Shown here piece after piece: positions 28,101-35,466 of a DNA stretch of 64,000 bases. The DNA comes from an uncultured Lachnospiraceae bacterium (GTDB taxonomy: Bacteria > Bacillota > Clostridia > Lachnospirales > Lachnospiraceae), in contig CAKRJY010000009.1 of assembly GCA_934352055.1 (NCBI GenBank), positions 34,207-98,206 of the forward strand. Reading direction: 5' to 3'. Numbering within the stretch: position 1 is the stretch's first letter; each line of letters begins with the position of its first letter. Under the pieces are notes generated by a model. The model made no database searches and was not told the DNA's origin. It worked only from the letters and a program-made list of their open reading frames with translations. A program made the translations under genes and the position numbers.

Positions 28101-31100
28101 GCGTATTCTTGCCGGCATATTATATACTAGGGATTTTGGTTCTCTACTATAGGCAGCATAAATTGCTTTTTGCTGCGGTAAAAGTTTATATGTATTTTTC
28201 TTATTGGCTTTTATCCTCACAATATGATCAGCACCTTCAATACACTTTGCAAGATTTTCCAGAACTGAATTTTCCATGATATCTTTTATTGATATTTGCA
28301 CGTCAAATTCTTTTTCTATCTCAGTGATCATCGAAATAGCAATCAAACTATCACCGCCACATGCGAAGAAATCATCCGTTTTACCAATTTGATCTAACTG
28401 CAAATATTGTTGCCATATATTTGCAAGTTTTTTCTCGATCAAACTTTCAGGTTCCACATATTCTCTTTCCGACATTGTAAAATCCGGAACCGGAAGATTC
28501 TTTCTATCCGTTTTACCACTGGCTGTCATAGGCATAGCATCCAAACGCATAAAATAATTTGGCACCATATACTTTGGCAGTTTAGATGACAGATGACTTC
28601 TCAATTCCTTTTCATCAATCTCGTTTTGCGCTGTATAATATCCAACCAGATACTGTCGGTTATTCTCATCACGCTTATCTGCGACTGCTGTAAGTTGGAT
28701 TCCCGAAAAAGCACTCATCACATTTTCGATCTCTCCCAGTTCAATGCGCAGTCCTCTTATCTTTACCTGCGTATCTATTCTTCCCAGATAGGCAATCTCT
28801 CCATCCGCTCTCCAGCAAGCCAGATCCCCCGTGTGATACATGATTTTTCCATGATGATTTTCCGGTGTCGCAAATGAATTTGGCACAAACTTTTCCGCTG
28901 TGAGTTCCGGTCGGTTTAGATACCCCTTACCAACTCCTGCTCCTGCAATGCAAAGTTCTCCCGCAACACCTATTGGCAGTGGTTTGTTGTCCCTATCGAG
29001 AATGTAGATTTGTGTGTTGGCTATTGGGGAACCGATGGTGATGTCAGACTTGAAATCACCTCCTACATTCCAGACACTACATTCACTTGGTCCAAGTGGA
29101 TTAAATACTTTTGCTCTGCTAATTCCCCTAATCTTCTGGAGAAGTACTTCCGAAAGTGCTTCTCCAGAAGATACAATTAATTGCATCTGCTGGAAATAAC
29201 TATCTTCTTCCTCGTCTTTTGTATACAGTTCAAGCCGAGTTGGCGTTGTTTCTATAATATTTACATTATTATCTTCTACCAATTTACGGAATAATTCCTT
29301 ATTGTTACTTTCCTCCTCACTTGCCATAACTACTGTCCACCCCTGTACCAAAGGGAGTAATGTCTCCGCAATAAAGAAGTCAAAGGAGATTGTATTTACA
29401 CTAATGACTATCTGGTTTTCTAAAGATTGTGCATACGGAACAATATTGTTATTTAAACAGAAGTTGCTTAATCCCTTGTGTTTTAACATACATCCCTTAG
29501 GCTTGCCCGTGCTTCCGGATGTGTAAATAATATAGCAGGGATCGTCCGCTTCAACTGTTACTGTCTTATTCCATATATCATCAAACTGATAATGGCTCAG
29601 ATTTAGATAATTTGCATCCCACTCGTCGGGAAGTTCCTTATCTGTTATTACCAATCGTACTGTACAATCCATCAGCATATAATCTATTCGGTCTTTTGGA
29701 TAACGATGATCGATCGGCAGGAAAATACCACCTGCCTTTAAAACAGCAAGTTGTGAAATCACAGTATAACTTGTTCTATCCAAATATGCTCCAACTACTT
29801 CTCCTTTGCTCACTCCTAATGCGTGCAATCGTTGTGCCAATGCACTTGATCTTTCATCCAGCACTTTATAAGTCAAATATTCTTCTCCCGACACCAATGC
29901 CACCTTTTCCGGGGTCTTTTTTGCCTGCTTCATAAAGAGTTCGTGAACACACTTTTCCCTTGGATATTCCACATAGGTATCATTAAAGTTTTCTAGCAGT
30001 ATTGTTCTTTCTTCATAAGGAACAATTTCTATGTCCTTGAGCATCGTTACCTTTTCTTCCGAGATCTGCCACAATACATATTCTATACGTTTCAAAATAT
30101 ATGCAATTTCTGCCGCATCCTGAAAGACCGAGGTCTGATAATCTATGGTTATGGTATGTGTACCATTACCATCCCGGTTATCCACGTGCATAACAAAAGG
30201 CACTTCACTATATCCATTGGAATACCATTCTGTTCTGGCATCTATATCTGTTGTTGCGTTTTGATAACTCATCATCACATCATATAGATTATCTGAAAAT
30301 TGATATTTTTTCCGCAGAGATTCCACAATTTCAGCATATGGATATTTCTGATGGCGAAAAATTTCCATATGTCCTTTCGTGATCTGTTTACTGATATCCA
30401 AAATACTTACATCATTTTCTATATCAATCGTGAAGGGCATTGTGGATATAAACATTCCAGCAATTTTCTTTTCCTTCGCATTACAGCGATTTAGGATAGG
30501 TACACCTATAGTAATGCGCCGATTTTCCGGGTTGATCTTTGCCAGATAGATCATCAGGGCTGTTTCAAATAACACAGCAGGGGTTATTTGATACTTCTTT
30601 CCATAATTGATGATTGCATGATCTAATTCCACAGGTAACTGCCTGATGTATCTGCTTGCCTCAATAGCATGATTTTGCCTGATACCTGTTTTCATAACCG
30701 TTTTTTCGGGTTGCTGCATATATTTATTATTCCAATATAGAGCATCCTTCTGATATTTGTCCGATGTCAGATACGTCTTTTCATTTTCTATATAGTCTCT
30801 ATAATCCACCTCCTCACACATGTCCTTCTGACCTGTTTTTAAGGCATTATATATCTGCTCTACCTGCTTTGCCATAATACTGAAGGTCCATGCATCAGAA
30901 ATCAAATGACTCAAATTTACAAGGATTCCACTGTGATTTTCCACCTCGATTACCATAAATCTATACATTGCTTTCTCGGTAAGACCAATAGGTTCTTTTG
31001 CAAATTGCTTAGCATAAGTTTCATATTCTTGCATGGTAGCAAAAGACAAATCCGGTATTTCTTCTACGATATCAGAAACATATTGCATAGGCTGTGTTTT

Positions 31101-31289
31101 TTCCACAAAGCGAAGGCGCATACCACTCTGACTCTTTACAAACTCATATAGTGCCTGTTTCAATAATGCACAATCTCTTTTTTCCTCATAAAAAATTGCT
31201 CCGCATTGATTGCTAATCGCGGTATCTGAATAATATTTCTGCAAATTCCATATATTACGCTGTGGTGTTGTCAGTTTAAAATAGTCCAT
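23997..31289 (-). CDS. bimodular non-ribosomal peptide synthetase, C-A-T-C-A-T-R (terminal thioester reductase)
   Basis: 2430 aa. Contains SHLISDAW (C1), YIIYTSGSTGKPKG/...RPKG (A3, twice), GGDSL (twice), MHHIVSDGE (C2), LLTGATGFLGAHVL plus YIRSK (SDR-type R domain). AAGGAG RBS. Confidence 0.9.
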   Translation of the reverse strand: MDYFKLTTPQRNIWNLQKYYSDTAISNQCGAIFYEEKRDCALLKQALYEFVKSQSGMRLRFVEKTQPMQYVSDIVEEIPDLSFATMQEYETYAKQFAKEPIGLTEKAMYRFMVIEVENHSGILVNLSHLISDAWTFSIMAKQVEQIYNALKTGQKDMCEEVDYRDYIENEKTYLTSDKYQKDALYWNNKYMQQPEKTVMKTGIRQNHAIEASRYIRQLPVELDHAIINYGKKYQITPAVLFETALMIYLAKINPENRRITIGVPILNRCNAKEKKIAGMFISTMPFTIDIENDVSILDISKQITKGHMEIFRHQKYPYAEIVESLRKKYQFSDNLYDVMMSYQNATTDIDARTEWYSNGYSEVPFVMHVDNRDGNGTHTITIDYQTSVFQDAAEIAYILKRIEYVLWQISEEKVTMLKDIEIVPYEERTILLENFNDTYVEYPREKCVHELFMKQAKKTPEKVALVSGEEYLTYKVLDERSSALAQRLHALGVSKGEVVGAYLDRTSYTVISQLAVLKAGGIFLPIDHRYPKDRIDYMLMDCTVRLVITDKELPDEWDANYLNLSHYQFDDIWNKTVTVEADDPCYIIYTSGSTGKPKGCMLKHKGLSNFCLNNNIVPYAQSLENQIVISVNTISFDFFIAETLLPLVQGWTVVMASEEESNNKELFRKLVEDNNVNIIETTPTRLELYTKDEEEDSYFQQMQLIVSSGEALSEVLLQKIRGISRAKVFNPLGPSECSVWNVGGDFKSDITIGSPIANTQIYILDRDNKPLPIGVAGELCIAGAGVGKGYLNRPELTAEKFVPNSFATPENHHGKIMYHTGDLACWRADGEIAYLGRIDTQVKIRGLRIELGEIENVMSAFSGIQLTAVADKRDENNRQYLVGYYTAQNEIDEKELRSHLSSKLPKYMVPNYFMRLDAMPMTASGKTDRKNLPVPDFTMSEREYVEPESLIEKKLANIWQQYLQLDQIGKTDDFFACGGDSLIAISMITEIEKEFDVQISIKDIMENSVLENLAKCIEGADHIVRIKANKKNTYKLLPQQKAIYAAYSREPKSLVYNMPARIRIPSGIDRNRLKESMIRAIRHHKILLSHIESDGQELVGVYDNNVELVFEQYEEKDASQFVRPFDLAKTPLVRVGMTEHDILFDMHHIVSDGETLHILLRDILGEYEGKMMCDEPITYGDYADFFYKQDMTRHQDYFVEQLKCDFEPVILPATKKPVEGGYSKVYQIPEGASLAVRNYARKYNMTDTMVCWGAYGILLSKYSGNSSVLSSIVLKNRIYADTKDMAGMFVNTLPAHMDVSGAVKEYMQRVKQQVLGLFEHQELPFAWMADAVGMEDKRVINTSFVYQAEGDKRFALGEEIVVPEPIPTNTSKFDLMMELTPVKDGLKARMEFNGAKYDENLIDRLIIAYTRILEQLDKEDVSEIEVMSPEEYHQVIEGFNDTYVEYPREKCVHELFTEQSKKTPEKVALVFEDKKFTYKQLDEMSDALAQKMIDVGIKIGNIVGAYLDRTELTVISQLAVLKVGGIFLPIDHRYPKDRIDYMLNDCNVSLILTDRELTDGWHVKYLNLREYDFRDTLHTNVRYLSEDSCYIIYTSGSTGRPKGCVLKHKGIANFCLNNNIVSDAQSLENQIVVSVNTISFDFFIAETLLPLVHGWTVVLASEEASNNKELFRKLVVDNKVNIIETTPTRLELYIKDEAGTDSYFQQIQLVVSSGEALTDVLFQKIRGISSAKVFNPLGPSECSVWNVGGDFKSDITIGSPIANTQIYILDRDNKPLPIGVAGELCIAGAGVGKGYLNRPELTAEKFVPNSFATPENHHGKIMYHTGDLACWRADGEIAYLGRIDTQVKIRGLRIELGEIENVMSAFSGIQLTAVADKRDENNRQYLVGYYTAQNEIDEKELRSHLSSKLPKYMVPNYFMHLDAMPMTASGKTDRKNLPVPDFTFLANEYVAPETEMERDLCQLLGEILHIEKVGVEDDFFAYGGDSLAAIEYVAKAHGKGIEMSLQNVFDYPTVRTLCNFLKGEKKEKVRYKESDFDKYKDFFHKNVVEEDAIFEKQSLGNVLLTGATGFLGAHVLNELMQKENGKIYCLIRGDQADDRRGRLKEILQYYFGDRYVSEINKRIIPIIGDIEKEGLSDEMPSDVQTVIHTAASVKHYGSYSYFHRVNTEGTSHVIEYAKKMRAKLIHISTLSVSGNSMADDFTVYRSDEEKFFCETSFYIGQPLDNVYIRSKFEAERKVYDAMLDGLNAKVIRVGNLTNRASDYKFQPNYTSNAFLTRVKAILEFSLFPNYLIPLYAEFSPIDKTAEGIVKIAQYADKQCVFHLNSDKVIHFNRFLEVVHELGIPMKVVSGAEFNCALQETMKQSNTEYIFEAFQNDMDEQGRLVYDSNIRIENKFTLWFLRKVGFEWNETDIKYISGYIDYFRKIGYLEI
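25230..25440 (-). other. NRPS domain T2 (peptidyl carrier), approximate bounds
   Basis: DDFFAYGGDSLAAIEY, with the Ser codon at 25332-25334. Confidence 0.7.
25465..26975 (-). other. NRPS domain A2 (adenylation), approximate bounds
   Basis: Second copy of NDTYVEYPREKCVHELF ... GKTDRKNLPVPDF. Confidence 0.7.
25532..26078. repeat. 547-bp tract identical to 28547..29093 (direct repeat inside the NRPS gene, A2 copy)
   Basis: I compared the two stretches base by base and found no mismatches. The offset is 3015 nt. Flanking A-domain DNA is only about 80-90% identical by eye. Confidence 0.85.
27010..28230 (-). other. NRPS domain C2 (condensation), approximate bounds
   Basis: Canonical MHHIVSDGETL near 27,846. 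Confidence 0.7.
28250..28450 (-). other. NRPS domain T1 (peptidyl carrier), approximate bounds
   Basis: DDFFACGGDSLIAISM, with the Ser codon at 28347-28349. Confidence 0.7.
28480..29990 (-). other. NRPS domain A1 (adenylation), approximate bounds
   Basis: Runs from NDTYVEYPREKCVHELF to GKTDRKNLPVPDF. Core motifs SGSTGKPKG, NPLGPSEC, YHTGDL, GRIDTQVKIRG. Confidence 0.7.
28547..29093. repeat. 547-bp tract identical to 25532..26078 (A1 copy)
   Basis: As above. Also reflected in the identical antisense track ORFs 25578..25862 and 28593..28877. Confidence 0.85.
30020..31289 (-). other. NRPS domain C1 (N-terminal, starter-type condensation domain), approximate bounds
   Basis: The active-site region reads LSHLISDAWTF (second His and Asp of HHxxxDG retained). 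It sits before any A/T domain. Confidence 0.6.
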
Positions 31290-31328
31290 TTTCTTCTCCT
31301 TTATCCTGCCTGATCCTCAAAAATTATT

Positions 31329-31348
31329 TTGCAATGAATACATTGCAA
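31329..31348. promoter_or_regulatory. perfect palindrome TTGCAATG-aata-CATTGCAA (candidate XRE operator)
   Basis: 8-bp arms. It abuts the NRPS -10 element and contains the -35 (TTGCAA) of a plus-strand TTGCAA-17-TATGAT promoter facing the XRE genes. Confidence 0.45.
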
Positions 31349-31376
31349 TTATATGATGAAAAAATTCTAAAATCAA
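31348..31376 (-). promoter_or_regulatory. putative sigma-A promoter of the NRPS gene
   Basis: Minus strand: TTGATT, 17 nt spacer, TATAAT. About 60 nt upstream of the NRPS ATG. Confidence 0.45.
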
Positions 31377-31379
31377 TGC

Positions 31380-31403
31380 AAATGCAACTCATATATTGCA
31401 TTT
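31380..31403. promoter_or_regulatory. second palindrome AAATGCAA-N8-TTGCATTT with a related half-site
   Basis: 8-bp arms, just upstream of the NRPS -35. Shares the TTGCA(A/T)T half-site with the first palindrome. Confidence 0.4.
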
Positions 31404-31424
31404 ATTGGATTGGAGTTTTATTAC

Positions 31425-31661
31425 ATGGCGCAAAAAATCAAACAAGATATTTCTATCGGAAATAACATTCGCGCATTGCGAAAACAATCTCATTTGACCC
31501 AAGAACAGATCGTTGCCCGCTTGCAACTGGAAGGATTGGAAATTTCCAGGAGCAGTTATTCCCAGATTGAATGTGGTACTTATAACATTCGTGTATCCGA
31601 ACTGATCGCTCTTGCCAAGATTTTTAACGTTGATTACAACGCCTTTTTTGAGAATTTATAA
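31425..31661 (+). CDS. XRE-family HTH transcriptional regulator (78 aa)
   Basis: IGNNIRALRKQSHLTQEQIVARL...SSYSQIECGTYNIRVSELIALAKIF is a Cro/C1-type HTH. Divergent from the NRPS gene. Confidence 0.8.
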   Translation: MAQKIKQDISIGNNIRALRKQSHLTQEQIVARLQLEGLEISRSSYSQIECGTYNIRVSELIALAKIFNVDYNAFFENL

Positions 31662-31686
31662 ATTTTCCAGATATGGAGTATCTACT

Positions 31687-31896
31687 ATGACAAAGCCATA
31701 CTACACAAAGACAATCAAAGAATTACGTGAAAACCGGGGAATGACCCAACAAGAAGTTGCAGACTATCTTGGCACATCGCAGACCATGTATGCAAGATAT
31801 GAACGCGGTGCAAATGAAATGCCGATCCGCCATCTCATTGCGTTATGCCATCTATACAAAGTTTCCGCCGATAGTATTCTGGGCATTAACCTATAA
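31687..31896 (+). CDS. XRE-family HTH transcriptional regulator (69 aa)
   Basis: IKELRENRGMTQQEVADYLGTSQTMYARYERGANEMPIRHLIALCHLY. Start at MTKPYY after GGAG. Confidence 0.8.
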   Translation: MTKPYYTKTIKELRENRGMTQQEVADYLGTSQTMYARYERGANEMPIRHLIALCHLYKVSADSILGINL

Positions 31897-31971
31897 AAAT
31901 GCCAATCATTTCTCACCTGTCCCTTTAACTGTTCCACATAATAATCCACTCTCATCACCGCCTTTTCAGTT

Positions 31972-32005
31972 CGTTCTTTAACTTCAACATTTTAAAGAAC
32001 GTTTG
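31972..32005 (+). terminator. possible terminator after the XRE pair
   Basis: cgttctttaa-N10-ttaaagaacg (10-bp AT-rich stem) followed by tttg. The T-run is weak. Confidence 0.35.
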
Positions 32006-32041
32006 TAAATATGATTCATCCATATTCTAGTGGTAAGTAAT

Positions 32042-32085
32042 AAAAAAGACATCTGCATCTGGTATTTCTACCAAACACAGATGTC
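32042..32085 (-). terminator. rho-independent terminator after the GNAT gene
   Basis: Minus strand: gacatctg...cagatgtc stem followed by tttttt. Confidence 0.5.
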
Positions 32086-32165
32086 ATATCATCCACACCT
32101 TCAACGTCCATAACACGCGCGTTCTCCCCATACTTTTCGCTGGAAACCGGTGCATTGTACTCCGG

Positions 32166-32738
32166 TTATCTGACCGCCTTATAAGGCTTGATGGCTTCCA
32201 TTTTGGATCCATGATCGCCCAAAAATTTTTCCAGCGTTGTCATATGATACCAACGGTTAAACTTATAACCGCTAAAACGAAGCGTACCAGCAGCGGTATA
32301 CCCCATTTTTTCATGGAAACGAATACTATCCCGCGTCAGATACTCATCTTCCTGCTCCGGTTCTGCCACAAGGGCATAACAATTTACAACGCCTTGCTTT
32401 TTTAATGCAGTTTCGAGTGCTTCGTACAAAAGGTTTCCCAAGCCTGCTCTTTTTTTATCCTGGCGGACATAAATCGTGGTCTCCACATCCCAGCCAAACG
32501 CAGCTCTTTCGTGATACCGATGCGCATATGCATATCCTAAAATTTCACCCTGGCATTCTGCCACAAAATAAGGATACCACTCCTGAATCTGACAGATGCG
32601 CTCCGTAAATTCTGCTACCGAAGGCGCCTGCGTTTCAAATGTGATTGCTGTATGTTCCACATAATATGCATAGATTTCACAGAGAGTCTCTGCATCTGCA
32701 ACGGTTGCTTCCCGTATTATGATTTCCTGTTGTTTCAT
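32166..32738 (-). CDS. GNAT N-acetyltransferase, phosphinothricin/methionine-sulfoximine acetyltransferase-like
   Basis: 190 aa. IREATVADAETLCEIYAYYVEHTAITFE...RQDKKRAGLGNLLYEALE (acetyl-CoA loop R/Q-x-x-G-x-G). Confidence 0.7.
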   Translation of the reverse strand: MKQQEIIIREATVADAETLCEIYAYYVEHTAITFETQAPSVAEFTERICQIQEWYPYFVAECQGEILGYAYAHRYHERAAFGWDVETTIYVRQDKKRAGLGNLLYEALETALKKQGVVNCYALVAEPEQEDEYLTRDSIRFHEKMGYTAAGTLRFSGYKFNRWYHMTTLEKFLGDHGSKMEAIKPYKAVR

Positions 32739-33766
32739 TATCGTACCACCTGATTTCCACCATTATATTTTGCAAGGTGTAATTTTTGTTCTGCAGATTC
32801 GATAAACTGTTCTAATTCCATGCCGTCTTCATACGTTGCCACACCACCGGATATCTGTAGTGAAGCATCTACTATCAGTTCTTTGACATGAATTTTTTGC
32901 ATGGCATCCATAAGTCTCAATTCCTGATTTTGCTCATTCTGCAGATTTCTTCCCGCCAGCACAAATACATTACTATCCCATCTGGCGCACCGGCAATTTG
33001 GCATTTCCTTTTGCAGGCAGTTTGCCATTTCAATCAATGCCTGATCGGAAGCCACATGACCATAGGTTTCCCGGATTTCCTCATAATTATCCAATGTAAG
33101 TAACAAAATCCAACGCCCTGCTGCATGCTTCTCTCTGATTTCTGTCCGAAGATGATCCTGCATACCATACCGATCCATAAGCCCTGTCAATGCATCTGTC
33201 TGCGCGAGTTCCCGCAGATTCTTTTCCATGGTATACGCATATCTGGTCATAACATAAGCTAATAATATCGCACTTGCAAATGTCATAATAAGTACAGATA
33301 ATCTGGTGTAAAAATTAACCCATTCCGGCAACTGATAAATCGGCATATGATATCTCGCAAAAAGTTCAATGCAGATATAACTTATCATATAAATGATGCT
33401 ATATACTGTACCATGCGCTCCTCGTGCGCGCAATTTCAGTGAAAAATAATCTGTATAAAAAAATACAATTGGCATACCTAACAACGTAAATTGCAGCCCG
33501 CACTCGATGCCTATATAATACGTCGAAATCAACATGTGCACCAGAACTTCCGTTCCAACAATACCGATAAACCAGTCAATTTTTTCTCTCCGAATAATCC
33601 AAAAGCAACAGGTATAAACCAGCACACTTATAACGTTTAAATCACGCATCTGCCATACACCAAGTGCACCAAAGTAAAAAAAAAACCACGCATGCACTAT
33701 CAAGAGAACTATACTAAGGATTCTTGCAGATTGCACCGCTACTTTTATGTTAAAAAAACGATCCAT
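32738..33766 (-). CDS. membrane-anchored GGDEF-domain protein with a degenerate active site
   Basis: About 6 TM helices, then QTDALTGLMDRYG. The GGDEF position reads R-W-DSNVF (32963-32977). Confidence 0.7.
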   Translation of the reverse strand: MDRFFNIKVAVQSARILSIVLLIVHAWFFFYFGALGVWQMRDLNVISVLVYTCCFWIIRREKIDWFIGIVGTEVLVHMLISTYYIGIECGLQFTLLGMPIVFFYTDYFSLKLRARGAHGTVYSIIYMISYICIELFARYHMPIYQLPEWVNFYTRLSVLIMTFASAILLAYVMTRYAYTMEKNLRELAQTDALTGLMDRYGMQDHLRTEIREKHAAGRWILLLTLDNYEEIRETYGHVASDQALIEMANCLQKEMPNCRCARWDSNVFVLAGRNLQNEQNQELRLMDAMQKIHVKELIVDASLQISGGVATYEDGMELEQFIESAEQKLHLAKYNGGNQVVR

Positions 33767-33781
33767 AAATACTCTGGCTCC

Positions 33782-34687
33782 CTAATGCACTGCTCCAATC
33801 AAATCGGTGATTTCTGCAACGTGCATACGCTCCATATACTTTTCAATGCCTTTTGCAATGTCCATTGTTGCTGTCGGATGGTAGAAGTTTGCCGTACCAA
33901 CAGAAACAGCGCTTGCTCCTGCCAAAATCATCTCAATTGCATCTTCTGCGGTCTCAATACCACCCATACCAATCAATGGTACTTTTACTGCCTGTGCCAC
34001 CTGATACACCATGCGCACAGCAATCGGATGTACTGCCGGACCAGACATACCGCCAGTCTTATTTGCAAGAGCAAATGTCTGGCGATTGATATCAATTTTC
34101 ATTCCTGTCAACGTATTAATCAAAGATAACACGTCCGCGCCACCTTGTTCTGCCGCGCGCGCCATCTCCGTAATATCCGTCACATTTGGACTGAGTTTCA
34201 TGATTACCGGCTGTTTTGCAACCTTTTTTATCTCGCGTGTAATAGTCTCTACTGCTTTTGGATCCTGACCAAAAGCAATTCCGCCTTCTTTTACATTCGG
34301 GCAGGAAATATTGATTTCAAGCATATCAACACGCTTTTCGTCTGAAAGACGTTCCACAACATCAAGGTAATCTGCTGTTGTTTTTCCACAGACATTGACA
34401 ATTACCTTTGTATCGTATTGTTCCAGAAATGGCAGATCGCGCTCGCAAAATACATCAATTCCCGGATTCTGCAGACCAATGGCATTTAACATACCACTTC
34501 TTACTTCTGCTACACGTGGCGTAGGATTTCCCGGCCATGGCACATTTGCCACACCTTTCGTTACAACTGCGCCCAAACGGTTCAAATCTACGAATTCGCT
34601 ATATTCTTCCCCGGAACCGAATGTACCAGAGGCTACCATCACTGGATTTTTTAATGTAACGCCTGCTAATGTTACCTGTGTATTCAT
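33782..34687 (-). CDS. pyrD: dihydroorotate dehydrogenase B, catalytic subunit
   Basis: 301 aa. LKNPVMVASGTFG...NISCPNVK..GG. Class 1B, adjacent to pyrK. Confidence 0.9.
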   Translation of the reverse strand: MNTQVTLAGVTLKNPVMVASGTFGSGEEYSEFVDLNRLGAVVTKGVANVPWPGNPTPRVAEVRSGMLNAIGLQNPGIDVFCERDLPFLEQYDTKVIVNVCGKTTADYLDVVERLSDEKRVDMLEINISCPNVKEGGIAFGQDPKAVETITREIKKVAKQPVIMKLSPNVTDITEMARAAEQGGADVLSLINTLTGMKIDINRQTFALANKTGGMSGPAVHPIAVRMVYQVAQAVKVPLIGMGGIETAEDAIEMILAGASAVSVGTANFYHPTATMDIAKGIEKYMERMHVAEITDLIGAVH

Positions 34688-35451
34688 TAGAGTTCCACCT
34701 CCTCTGCCAAAAAGACCGGACCGTCCTTACATACTCTTGTGTTGTGCACATGGGAATGCGCATCTTCCTTTTTTGTCTGGCATACACATCCAAGACATGC
34801 CCCAATACCGCATGCCATGCGTTCTTCCATAGAAACATAGCATTTGATGTCATGTTCCATTGCATAGCGCTTCACTGCTGCAAGCATCGGTTTCGGTCCA
34901 CAAGCATAAATCACATCACCAGTAATCTGCTTCTGCTCTAAAACATCCACTACCGTTCCATGCACACCAACAGCCCCATTATCTGTGGCGATTTCCACCT
35001 GACCATAATCTTCAAACTGTTCCTTTAAAAATAGTTGCTCATCACGATAGCCTAAAACAATCGTTGCCTTTGCAGATAAAGATTTTGCCAATTCTAACAT
35101 TGGAGGCACGCCAATACCACCTCCAATGACAATTGGGTGTTCTCCCTCTAACGGAAAGCCATTTCCCAAAGGTCCTAAAACCTTCACCTCATCATCTGTC
35201 TGTAAAGCAGAAAATTCCTTTGTTCCCTCTCCTGCCAAACGATATACCAGACGAATTGCACTACGTTCTTTATCAATCTCACAAATACTGATTGGTCTTG
35301 GAAGCAGACGACTATGTTCTTCACAATAAAGTGATACAAATTGTCCCGGAACTGCTTCCTTTGCGATGCTCGTTGACAGCCACATGCTGTAAACGCCTTC
35401 TGCCAAAATTCTTTGTTCTAATACAATTGCCATTTCCTGCACTTTTGCCAT
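34687..35451 (-). CDS. pyrK: dihydroorotate dehydrogenase B, electron-transfer (FAD/2Fe-2S) subunit
   Basis: 254 aa. C-terminal CGIGACLGCVC cluster motif. Its stop overlaps the pyrD start. Confidence 0.9.
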   Translation of the reverse strand: MAKVQEMAIVLEQRILAEGVYSMWLSTSIAKEAVPGQFVSLYCEEHSRLLPRPISICEIDKERSAIRLVYRLAGEGTKEFSALQTDDEVKVLGPLGNGFPLEGEHPIVIGGGIGVPPMLELAKSLSAKATIVLGYRDEQLFLKEQFEDYGQVEIATDNGAVGVHGTVVDVLEQKQITGDVIYACGPKPMLAAVKRYAMEHDIKCYVSMEERMACGIGACLGCVCQTKKEDAHSHVHNTRVCKDGPVFLAEEVEL

Positions 35452-35466
35452 CGTTTCATCCCCTTG

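Noticed and set aside
31897-32165. A possible gene relic: the minus frame PEYNAPVSSEKYGENARVMDVEGVDDMTSVFG... downstream of the GNAT gene.
   Set aside because: It has no start codon and no motif I recognise. The region is better explained by two terminator hairpins.
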